Part shown: in pieces, positions 1 through 7,368 of the stretch
How the letters are laid out: every line of letters begins with the position of its first letter
Numbering within the stretch: the stretch's first letter is position 1
Origin: Bacteroidales bacterium
Lineage (GTDB): Bacteria; Bacteroidota; Bacteroidia; Bacteroidales; UBA932
Direction of reading: 5' to 3'
Assembly: GCA_017430365.1 (NCBI GenBank)
Contig: JAFRNC010000009.1
Location: forward strand, 161,804 to 225,803
Length of the DNA stretch: 64,000 nucleotides
The notes under the pieces: model-generated
The model's input: the letters and a program-made list of their open reading frames with translations, nothing else
What the model was told of the DNA's origin: nothing
The model's database searches: none
Position numbers and translations under genes: made by a program

Positions 1-1430
1 GGACCGTATCTCTCCTCGACTTCCCTGTATTTATCCGGGAGCAGGGTCTCGTGAGCCCAGGATTCGTATTGTTCACGGCTGAGCCAGACCGGGTGGGATT
101 TCTTCAGGAAGTCAGCCTGTGCTCCGGGGGCGTAGGAGCCCATGACGCTGCCTTCGCGGTGGACCATTCTTCCGAAAGCCTCCTCTGTGGCCGGCAGCCC
201 GCTGACATCGTATCCTTCGCTGCGAAGACGTAGCAGGAATCTGTAGATCGACGGGATAACTTCCATGCCGCTTGCGAGCAATGCGTCCTTGCCCGGCGAC
301 TTGAAATAGCATATTGCCACATGCTTGTCGCAGTTGGGCATGGTCCGCAAGGCCATGTAACGCGAGAAATATTCCAGGAAAGCGTCGATCCTCTCCTTTT
401 CAGGGGTGTAAAGGAAGAATCCCGATTCGCCCTCGTTCTGGGTCGCAACGCAATAATTGCCTATGCCTCCATCGATTTCCGGAACCACCACACGTGCGGT
501 GAGTGTGCCGCTGCTCACGGGCAGGAGCGGGTTGATCCAGTCGCTGTGGGGCTGTATAAGCGGGAAAGGATTGAAAAGAGGAATGTTTTCTTCGTGCAGC
601 CAATTGATGAAATCGTCGTTTCCAAGCCGCCCCATGGGCATATAGATCACCGCGTCGGGATGCAGGCTGCGTATCATTTCCTCCCGGGTTTTTCCCTCAG
701 CTGTCAGTGGATAGACATTGTATCCGGCACCGGTCATGCGCGATATCAGGGTATCGACATGGGCACGGTTGCCTTCCATAGGGAAGTTGAGGCCGGAAAT
801 GAAGAGGATCTTTCCGCCGCCTTCATGATATAGGCCTTTTTCGCGCAGATACTCCGTTACGGCTTCGTGGGTAGGGAAATACTTTCCGTATTCCCGGTGG
901 TAATACATGTTTTTCAACAAAGGCACGGGAGGGTCGCAACTGCGGTCCCCGACCCTGAGCGGGGTGGCGATGCTGCGCAGGTAGCGCAGCCCATTGCGGT
1001 AGTTGCCGGCGCTTGGGTTCCGGAAATACTCCGAGAGCGTCTGACGCTGCGCTTCCGTGATGTTGCATTGTACATCGACGTGCTGGTTGTTGAGGGTGTT
1101 GGTGAATACGGCCGTGCCCCGTCGCCCGGCTTTTTCCAGGGCGGCGACCTGCCCGTCGTCAAGATAGAGTCCGCGGCTGAAGATGAAGACCGCGTCGATG
1201 CCCCTCAGACTCCGGCCGTCTTCCTTGACCTGATCGGCATTGGAAAACTTCAGGCGGATACGCCGGCTGTCGTTGTTCAGGGCCACGTCGGCCTGCTGGG
1301 CGAGAGTGGCGTTGATCACAAGGATACGGGTCGGCCGGAGGAATACGAACCAGGCCACCGCTGCCAGAAGGATGACTGCGGCGGCAATCAGGACGGATTT
1401 GCGGATACGGCTAATCCTTTCCTGCGGCAT
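1..1430 (-). CDS. CobN/Mg-chelatase-like large protein (HmuS-like), N-terminal ~476 codons; the gene runs off the left edge
   Basis: Absent from the ORF track because there is no stop in the window. My reverse-complement translation from the ATG at 1430 stays open to position 1: MPQERISRIRKSVLIAAAVILLAAVAWFVFLRPTRILVINATLAQQADVALNNDS ... PDAVIYMPMGRLGNDDFINW ... WAHETLLPDKYREVEERYG. It has an N-terminal TM anchor. The start overlaps the cbiK stop by 20 nt. The + strand ORFs 321..833 and 867..1451 look like antisense shadows. The family call rests on context and recollection of CobN-like HmuS proteins. Confidence 0.65.
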   Translation of the reverse strand, partial: MPQERISRIRKSVLIAAAVILLAAVAWFVFLRPTRILVINATLAQQADVALNNDSRRIRLKFSNADQVKEDGRSLRGIDAVFIFSRGLYLDDGQVAALEKAGRRGTAVFTNTLNNQHVDVQCNITEAQRQTLSEYFRNPSAGNYRNGLRYLRSIATPLRVGDRSCDPPVPLLKNMYYHREYGKYFPTHEAVTEYLREKGLYHEGGGKILFISGLNFPMEGNRAHVDTLISRMTGAGYNVYPLTAEGKTREEMIRSLHPDAVIYMPMGRLGNDDFINWLHEENIPLFNPFPLIQPHSDWINPLLPVSSGTLTARVVVPEIDGGIGNYCVATQNEGESGFFLYTPEKERIDAFLEYFSRYMALRTMPNCDKHVAICYFKSPGKDALLASGMEVIPSIYRFLLRLRSEGYDVSGLPATEEAFGRMVHREGSVMGSYAPGAQADFLKKSHPVWLSREQYESWAHETLLPDKYREVEERYG

Positions 1431-2316
1431 AAGCCTCTTTCTTCTTCATGATGTCCACGGGTGCGTGGTGCAGGCTGAAGCGGATGTGTTCGATGTAGAT
1501 GTCCTGTATTTCAGGGATTTCGCCCATCCCTTCCAGACGGCAATCCACCTGGAAGCCTTCTGACTCGAGCGCTTCCTTCCAGTCGACTGCAATGTCGTTG
1601 GAGGCGTGGTCTCCTGCAACGAAAAGCAGGGGGACGAGCGTCACTTTCTTCGCTTTGGCCATCTTGAGCCTCTCGCACATGGTCCCGAATGTCGGGTATC
1701 CTTCGATTGTGGCAACATGGAAGAGCGGATTGCCCTTTGCAGAGAACATATAGTCAATCTGGCTGTATGTCGCCGTGGCGGGTGTATAGGTACCGTGTCC
1801 CACAAGTACTACATGCGCCTTCTGGCGGGCGTCAGCCGCATCGGCGTGCCTGGCGGCCATTATTCCGACCACCTTTTCACAGTCTTCCACATTGTACAAC
1901 AGAGGGGATCCCACTCTTATTTCCTTGAAGAAACCCTCCATGGCAGCAACATCGCGACGGAGTGATTCCATTTCGGCCCCGTCGAGCAGCGTCGTGCTCT
2001 GGACGATCACATGGGTAAATCCGTCTGCGCGGAGCCGGAGCATCGCTTCCAGCGGGGTCTGCTTCTCGATGCCGCGTTCCTTAAGCCTGCGGATGACGAT
2101 GCGCGAGGTATAGGCGTCCCTCAGGGTTAGTTCGGGGAATGCGGTGCGGGCTTTGGCATTTATGGCTTCGATGGTCTTTTCCCGGGTTTCGTCGTACGTG
2201 GTGCCGAAATGGACCATGAGCAGTGCGGCCTTGTCGCCGGTGAAATTACTTTCTTCCTGGCCGTAAACGGCGAAAGCAGGGAAGAGCATGCAAATAATCA
2301 GGAGGATTTTTTTCAT
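1411..2316 (-). CDS. cbiK: Sirohydrochlorin cobaltochelatase-fold protein CbiK with a signal peptide (periplasmic type)
   Basis: 301 aa. Signal peptide MKKILLIICMLFPAFAVYG. CbiK His motifs VLVGHGTYTP and LLFVAGDHASNDIA. It lies directly upstream of, and overlaps, the CobN-like gene. Confidence 0.85.
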   Translation of the reverse strand: MKKILLIICMLFPAFAVYGQEESNFTGDKAALLMVHFGTTYDETREKTIEAINAKARTAFPELTLRDAYTSRIVIRRLKERGIEKQTPLEAMLRLRADGFTHVIVQSTTLLDGAEMESLRRDVAAMEGFFKEIRVGSPLLYNVEDCEKVVGIMAARHADAADARQKAHVVLVGHGTYTPATATYSQIDYMFSAKGNPLFHVATIEGYPTFGTMCERLKMAKAKKVTLVPLLFVAGDHASNDIAVDWKEALESEGFQVDCRLEGMGEIPEIQDIYIEHIRFSLHHAPVDIMKKKEAYAAGKD

Positions 2317-2414
2317 ATCTTACAAATATAACGATTTTGGCGTCTGATTGTGCCGTGGCCTTCGGCAGTTTCCGGGAAATGCCTTATCTTCGCAGAAAGT
2401 AAAAATGAAGGGAT

Positions 2415-3089
2415 ATGGATATTCTCGAGGCCATCAGTGCACGGCATTCCGTGCGTAAGTATCTTGACCGTCCTATAGGGACGAAGGAACGTGAAATCAT
2501 TCAGGCTGCCGTCGAACGGTGCAACGCTGAAAGCGGGCTGCATATCCAGCTGGTGCTTGACGAGCCCCAGGCTTTCGCCGCGGGTATCTGGAAATACGGC
2601 CAGTTCTCCGGCGTCAGAAACTATTTCGTCATGGCCGGTCCGAAAGGGAAGGAGGCCGAGGAGAAAGTGGGCCGGTATGGTGAGGAGCTGGTATTGCTGG
2701 CCCAGACCCTGGGCCTGAATACATGTTGGGTCGGGCTTACCTACAGGAAGATACCGGGAACATTCACCATTGCCGACGGCGAGAAGATACATTGTGTAAT
2801 CTCGCTGGGCTACGGTGCGAACCAGGGTGTGCAGCATCCTCTCCGTCCCAAGGAGAAGTTTTATGAGGCGGAAGGAGAAACGCCGGAATGGTTCCAGAAA
2901 GGCGTTGAGGCCGCCCTGCTTACCCCCACCGCCGTCAACCAGCAGAAGTTCAAGTTCATCCTCGGCCCCGACGGAACCGTCGAGGCGATATCCCTTTTCT
3001 CTTTGATGGGCTATACGTCCATCGATCTGGGCATAGTCAAATACCATTTCGAACAGGCTGCGGGGAAGGAAAATTTCCGGTGGAAATAG
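2415..3089 (+). CDS. Nitroreductase-family flavoprotein
   Basis: 224 aa. The N-terminus MDILEAISARHSVRKYLDRPI is typical of the nitroreductase family. It is divergent from cbiK. Confidence 0.75.
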   Translation: MDILEAISARHSVRKYLDRPIGTKEREIIQAAVERCNAESGLHIQLVLDEPQAFAAGIWKYGQFSGVRNYFVMAGPKGKEAEEKVGRYGEELVLLAQTLGLNTCWVGLTYRKIPGTFTIADGEKIHCVISLGYGANQGVQHPLRPKEKFYEAEGETPEWFQKGVEAALLTPTAVNQQKFKFILGPDGTVEAISLFSLMGYTSIDLGIVKYHFEQAAGKENFRWK

Positions 3090-3116
3090 CGGAAACAGGC
3101 TTGTTGTCCCGTTTTT

Positions 3117-3227
3117 CGCTGCAACGGACACACTTGACAATCAGCCGATTACAACAGGTGATCCCCCTCAAAACGAGGGGGATCACTTTACATAAATAAC
3201 TGAATGCCAGATGCGTACATTGCAGCG
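3117..3227. repeat. 111-nt nested palindromic intergenic element, copy A
   Basis: Runs CGCTGCAACGGAC ... GTGATCCCCCTC-AAAAC-GAGGGGGATCAC ... GTACATTGCAGCG. It sits between convergent genes (nitroreductase and a TonB-dependent receptor). Three further copies of the same length are in the window. Confidence 0.9.
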
Positions 3228-3239
3228 AAAAAATGATGA

Positions 3240-5609
3240 TCAGAACTTGAAACCGACCGTAATCATGAAATGACGGGGTTTGGCGGGGCGGGTTGCGCTG
3301 ATGAAATATTTCGTGTTGAAAATGTTGTACAGGTTGCCGCCGAGCGTGACACCATTCCTGAGGGTGTAGAAAAGACCGCCGTCCACAATGAAGGTCGCGG
3401 GGAGATAGATGTTGTTGGTGATGTTTGTATACCGCTTGTCGGTATAGTTTCCGTTGATGTGGAACGAGAGGTTCTTCAGGGCGCCCGTCATGATGGTGTA
3501 ATCGGCGAAAGCGTAGAAGGTCGTGCGCGGGAAGTTGGTGGCGCGCAGGTTGATCGTACCGTCTTCGTTATAGGTGACCCATGTGGCGTCTTTCGGAATC
3601 CAGTCAAGGTAGCTGGCTACGGTACGCATGTCCGAAACGGCAAGGCCGCCGGTGAATTGGAAGCCCTGGAAAGGACGGAGGGTCAGATCGAGGTCAACGC
3701 CTTTTGAAGTCTGCTTGCCCACCTGGGCGCGGACGCTCTTGTTGATGACGGATCCGTTTTCTTCGACAGGTTTGTTGCCGATGGTCCTGACAACGTTATA
3801 TTTCCGGATGTAGAATACACTGGCGTTGACGTCGAGCCAGTCTGCCAATTCGTAGCGTACGCCGAACTCTCCCTGATAACCCTTCTCCGGCTTGAATACT
3901 TCTCCGCCGGCTTCATCGGGATTGAATTCGTTGCCGTTGCGGTCGATGTAAATGTAATTGGGGTTATAGACCGTGGTGTTGGGTTTGAAATAATTTGCTA
4001 CGGAGCCATAGAACGAAAGGGGCTCCACCGGCTGCCATACCAGTCCCAGTTTATAGGTCAGCGCACCGGTACGGGTCTCTTTCCATGCGGCGCGGTCTGC
4101 CTCTTCATAATGTTGCCTGCCGTCCTTGATGGTGGCTGAAGCATTCTGGTAGTGATAGAAATCGTAACGGAGTCCCACCATCGCCTTGAGTTGCTTGCTG
4201 AATGCGATGACATCATGAAGATAGATGCCATTCGTGATGTAATTGCGGATAGCCGCAGCCGAGACCTTGCAGTCCCACCAGTCCCGCACTGTGTGAGGAT
4301 CCTTGAGCGAAACTATTTCACCAAGGCCGGGACCCCAGACGTCGTCGTTGTTGTATCCGTTGTACTGGGTATAGTTGAAGAACTGATATGTCCAGCCGAA
4401 GTTGTAGTTGTGATTCAGGTTTCCGGTATTGAACTTTCCGCCCAGTTCCAGGACATTGGTGTAGTTGTGGCTGTCGGGGTTGAAGCAAAGCGGAGAGCCT
4501 GACTTGACGTTTTCAAGGTCAATGTAGGTAGTGGCACCGTTGCGGGTGTTGATGTAATACCAGTCATAGATCGGCTGGGTGCTTGTAGGATAGCTTACGT
4601 TCTCGACGCACCAGTAATCCAGGTCGCTGTGACCGTAGTTGAAACGTTCGCGAAGCGTCATCCAGTCAGTGATCTTGTGGGTATAGTTTAGCGAGACATC
4701 TATGACCCGGCGCTGCATATGGTTGTTGGCATTGTCGTTGAGAGACAGGTCGTAATCGAAGAACGGGTTGCGTTCACCGCTCTTCTTGAAGATCTGGCCA
4801 CCGGCCGTAAAGACGTCCCCGGGCATGACCGGTGCTCCGCCGATGTCTGTGGTGTACCGGTCGTCGTTGAAAGAGACGACACCTTCAAGGTATCCGTTGT
4901 CCGTAATTGCTGTCCCCAGGGTGAACAGGCCGCTGAAATTGTTGACGTTCACTTCGCGATAGCCGTCGCCGTTGGCGTAGTGCACGTGTGCACGGTAGTT
5001 GACAGGCCCTATCAGTTTGCCGCCGAAACCGACTGTCGCTTCTTTCTGGTTCCAGCTGCCGAGGCTGATACTGGCGTTTACGGTCTGCTGCGGTGAGGCT
5101 TTCTTGCGCACGATATTGATGACACCGCCCATTACGGAGTGGCCGCTGAGCACGGACGAGGGACCCTTGAGTACTTCGATGGATTCCACCGATGAAAGGT
5201 CACTGAACGGAACGTTGTTGATCAGGGAACGCTCGTCGCGGATGCCGTCCACTGCAATGACGGCGTCTGTGGTTCCCCGGATGCTGTATCGTTTGAATGC
5301 ACCGAGTTGGTCGGATGTCTGTACGACGCCCGGCAGATATTTCACTGCGTCTTCAAGTTGCAGGATATGGTTGCGTTCCAAAGTCTTGGCTTCTATGCGG
5401 CTGACCGTGATCGGAAGGTCCTTGATGGGGACATCGAGGTTGAGCAATTTTACCTGGTTGTCCTGCAAGGGACGATAATAATAATCATAGATGGCTGCGC
5501 TGTCAAGCGAAAACACGGAGTCGACCATGCTTTTATGGCGCTCAGGCTGTTGGGCCGATGCTGTGATGGCGCATAAGGTACAGATTGTAAGCAGAATGGT
5601 TTTTTTCAT
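3240..5609 (-). CDS. TonB-dependent receptor, siderophore-receptor-like
   Basis: 789 aa. Signal peptide present. Plug motifs VESIEVLKGPSSVLSG and GGVINIVRKK. Terminal beta-strand is ...MITVGFKF. The start overlaps the PepSY gene stop (ATGA). Confidence 0.9.
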   Translation of the reverse strand: MKKTILLTICTLCAITASAQQPERHKSMVDSVFSLDSAAIYDYYYRPLQDNQVKLLNLDVPIKDLPITVSRIEAKTLERNHILQLEDAVKYLPGVVQTSDQLGAFKRYSIRGTTDAVIAVDGIRDERSLINNVPFSDLSSVESIEVLKGPSSVLSGHSVMGGVINIVRKKASPQQTVNASISLGSWNQKEATVGFGGKLIGPVNYRAHVHYANGDGYREVNVNNFSGLFTLGTAITDNGYLEGVVSFNDDRYTTDIGGAPVMPGDVFTAGGQIFKKSGERNPFFDYDLSLNDNANNHMQRRVIDVSLNYTHKITDWMTLRERFNYGHSDLDYWCVENVSYPTSTQPIYDWYYINTRNGATTYIDLENVKSGSPLCFNPDSHNYTNVLELGGKFNTGNLNHNYNFGWTYQFFNYTQYNGYNNDDVWGPGLGEIVSLKDPHTVRDWWDCKVSAAAIRNYITNGIYLHDVIAFSKQLKAMVGLRYDFYHYQNASATIKDGRQHYEEADRAAWKETRTGALTYKLGLVWQPVEPLSFYGSVANYFKPNTTVYNPNYIYIDRNGNEFNPDEAGGEVFKPEKGYQGEFGVRYELADWLDVNASVFYIRKYNVVRTIGNKPVEENGSVINKSVRAQVGKQTSKGVDLDLTLRPFQGFQFTGGLAVSDMRTVASYLDWIPKDATWVTYNEDGTINLRATNFPRTTFYAFADYTIMTGALKNLSFHINGNYTDKRYTNITNNIYLPATFIVDGGLFYTLRNGVTLGGNLYNIFNTKYFISATRPAKPRHFMITVGFKF

Positions 5610-7030
5610 ACTTTGATGTTATTGTTAGGTCTGATGTGTTTCTTCCTGAACAGTTTTCTGATACCGCGGGCAATCCATTTGACGCTGAGTACGATACCGG
5701 TGACGGAAAGTGCGGTACCGCCGATCATCAGTGTGTACATGACGATATTCCAGAGCCACGGGCGGTCGGTAAGGAACTTGAAGTCCAGTGTATGTAGTTT
5801 GTGGTAGAGCCAGTTGCGAGTGCGGGTGTCATCGTCGAACCGACGGGTTTCCAGGGTGACAGGATTGTAGTACCAGCGGGTGTGCATATAGTCGTCTACG
5901 ATGACGCGGTATACGGGAAGCGAGGTTTCATTGACTTTCCGTGTATGATAGTCGCGGTCGAATTCATCGATCAGCTCGACCGTGTAGGGAATGCTGTCGC
6001 GGTACTGCCGCTCCATATCGAGGCGTACCATGTCTTCGGTGATGACAAATGGTCTGACCCCGTCTGCCTGGGCATCGATGAATACGCGTTCCGTCGGGGA
6101 GATAGTCAGGGTATAATAGGGATGTCCTTTGAATTCGCTCCAGGCTAAAGTCCGGGTATCCGGATATGCTGCCAGTGCTGTGCGGTAGTCCAGTGTGTAA
6201 AGACCGGGATCAAAATAACGGGATTCGCCGCGGCGTCCGTCGGGCGGCCCGTTACGTTGCTCGGTTTTCGGCGCTTTCTTCAGGAATTCCGGCATGTCAG
6301 CCAGCGACATCATGCCGCTGAAGGCGAAAGTAATGGCGAAAATGCCGAAAGAGAAACCGAGGATGTAGTGCCAGTTATACCACTTCTTCTTATAAGGGGC
6401 CGCCTTTTTTTTGCTCTTGACGGCCACGCGGATGGCAAGGACGAAGCCCAGGATCACCATAATGCAACCTATGCCGGCCGCCCATTTCACTGAGTTCAGC
6501 CAGAGTTGCTGTTCCTGCCGGAGTTTCGTGAAATATACCCAGTGGGGTATGGCGCCGACCCAGGCCCACATGCGTTCTTTGTGCGAAGTGAACTGCAGCA
6601 CCCGGCCTGTCTTGGAGCCCAGATAAAGCTGATGTCGCTCCGGATCGTCAAAATGATACTTGTAGATTGGAAGCTCTTCCCGGTTGCGACCGAAAGGAAT
6701 CCATTGGTCCAGCTTTTTCAGCGTGTCGATACGTGCCACCGGAGCTGTGCACCAACTGCGGATGGTGGCTTCAAGGGTGTCTTCTACGGGAGTGAACGTC
6801 CGGGCGGAAATCGTCCGGTCCCGTTGATTGGCAAGTATTTCCGTAAGGTTGTCCTTGTCGGGCAGTTCCACCGTGACGAGCGGAGGCAACAACGCCAGTT
6901 GCTTGTCAGCGGACGCACGGGGGAAACCGTGATATATCATCACGATACCCGTGGAGAACCATAGGAAGAACAATCCACACAGTAATACTCCCAGCAACTT
7001 GTGCAGGAAAGAAAGTATTTTGTACAACAT
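5606..7030 (-). CDS. PepSY-associated TM helix protein (PiuB-like)
   Basis: 474 aa. N-terminal TM segment LLGVLLCGLFFLWFSTGIVMIYHGFPR, further TM helices mid-protein and at the C-terminus. This architecture is typical of PepSY_TM proteins encoded next to TonB-dependent receptors. Confidence 0.8.
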   Translation of the reverse strand: MLYKILSFLHKLLGVLLCGLFFLWFSTGIVMIYHGFPRASADKQLALLPPLVTVELPDKDNLTEILANQRDRTISARTFTPVEDTLEATIRSWCTAPVARIDTLKKLDQWIPFGRNREELPIYKYHFDDPERHQLYLGSKTGRVLQFTSHKERMWAWVGAIPHWVYFTKLRQEQQLWLNSVKWAAGIGCIMVILGFVLAIRVAVKSKKKAAPYKKKWYNWHYILGFSFGIFAITFAFSGMMSLADMPEFLKKAPKTEQRNGPPDGRRGESRYFDPGLYTLDYRTALAAYPDTRTLAWSEFKGHPYYTLTISPTERVFIDAQADGVRPFVITEDMVRLDMERQYRDSIPYTVELIDEFDRDYHTRKVNETSLPVYRVIVDDYMHTRWYYNPVTLETRRFDDDTRTRNWLYHKLHTLDFKFLTDRPWLWNIVMYTLMIGGTALSVTGIVLSVKWIARGIRKLFRKKHIRPNNNIKV

Positions 7031-7094
7031 GTTTTGGAATTGAATTCCAGCATACGTGAAACAGCACTGACCCGGCGCTTTTCCACCTTATTGC

Positions 7095-7240
7095 AGACAG
7101 GCAGGTCTTCTGACTCGTTCCGCTTCAAGCGTCTTCCCGGCAATAAGCCAGTGACAAAGGAATGCTTGAGGCTTCAAAGGAACATACAGCAGCGGGCACT
7201 GCTCCGGATTCACACCGGATTCCCTATTCTTTCTCAACCG
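7095..7240 (-). promoter_or_regulatory. Cobalamin (B12) riboswitch, 5' leader of the PepSY-TBDT operon
   Basis: The reverse complement reads AATAGGGAATCCGGTGTGAATCCGGAGCAGTGCCCGCTGCTGTA ... GTCACTGG ... GGGAAGACG ... B12 box AGTCAGAAGACCTGCC (plus-strand 7100-7115). It lies about 70 nt upstream of the ATG at 7030. Confidence 0.85.
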
Positions 7241-7272
7241 TGGTCACGGCTTCGAACACCTGTTTGCGGAGG

Positions 7273-7280
7273 CAAAAATA
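7273..7280 (-). promoter_or_regulatory. Bacteroidetes -7 promoter box (TATTTTTG) for the riboswitch-1 operon
   Basis: Matches TAnnTTTG on the minus strand, about 30 nt upstream of the riboswitch core. Confidence 0.5.
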
Positions 7281-7301
7281 GCATTTTTGGAGCGAAAAAC
7301 C

Positions 7302-7341
7302 AAAAAAAAAAACGCCCCGTGACCGGCTGGATCACGGGGCG
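7302..7341 (-). terminator. Rho-independent terminator of the upstream (DASS) operon
   Basis: The minus strand reads CGCCCCGTGA-TCCAGCCGG-TCACGGGGCG followed by T11. That is a perfect 10-bp GC-rich stem, 28 nt after the DASS stop. Confidence 0.8.
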
Positions 7342-7368
7342 GGGACACACTATAATTCAACAGGGTTC

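Noticed and set aside
2415-3089. Nitroreductase-family gene as BluB (DMB synthase), given its B12-related neighbours
   Set aside because: From memory, the sequence does not resemble BluB in the N-terminal or active-site regions. The gene is not behind a riboswitch and is divergently transcribed. I cannot fully exclude BluB without an HMM search.
7302-7312. A11 homopolymer as a possible phase-variation tract
   Set aside because: On the minus strand it is the U-tract that directly follows a perfect 10-bp GC hairpin after a stop codon. It is therefore part of an intrinsic terminator, not within a coding or promoter spacer.
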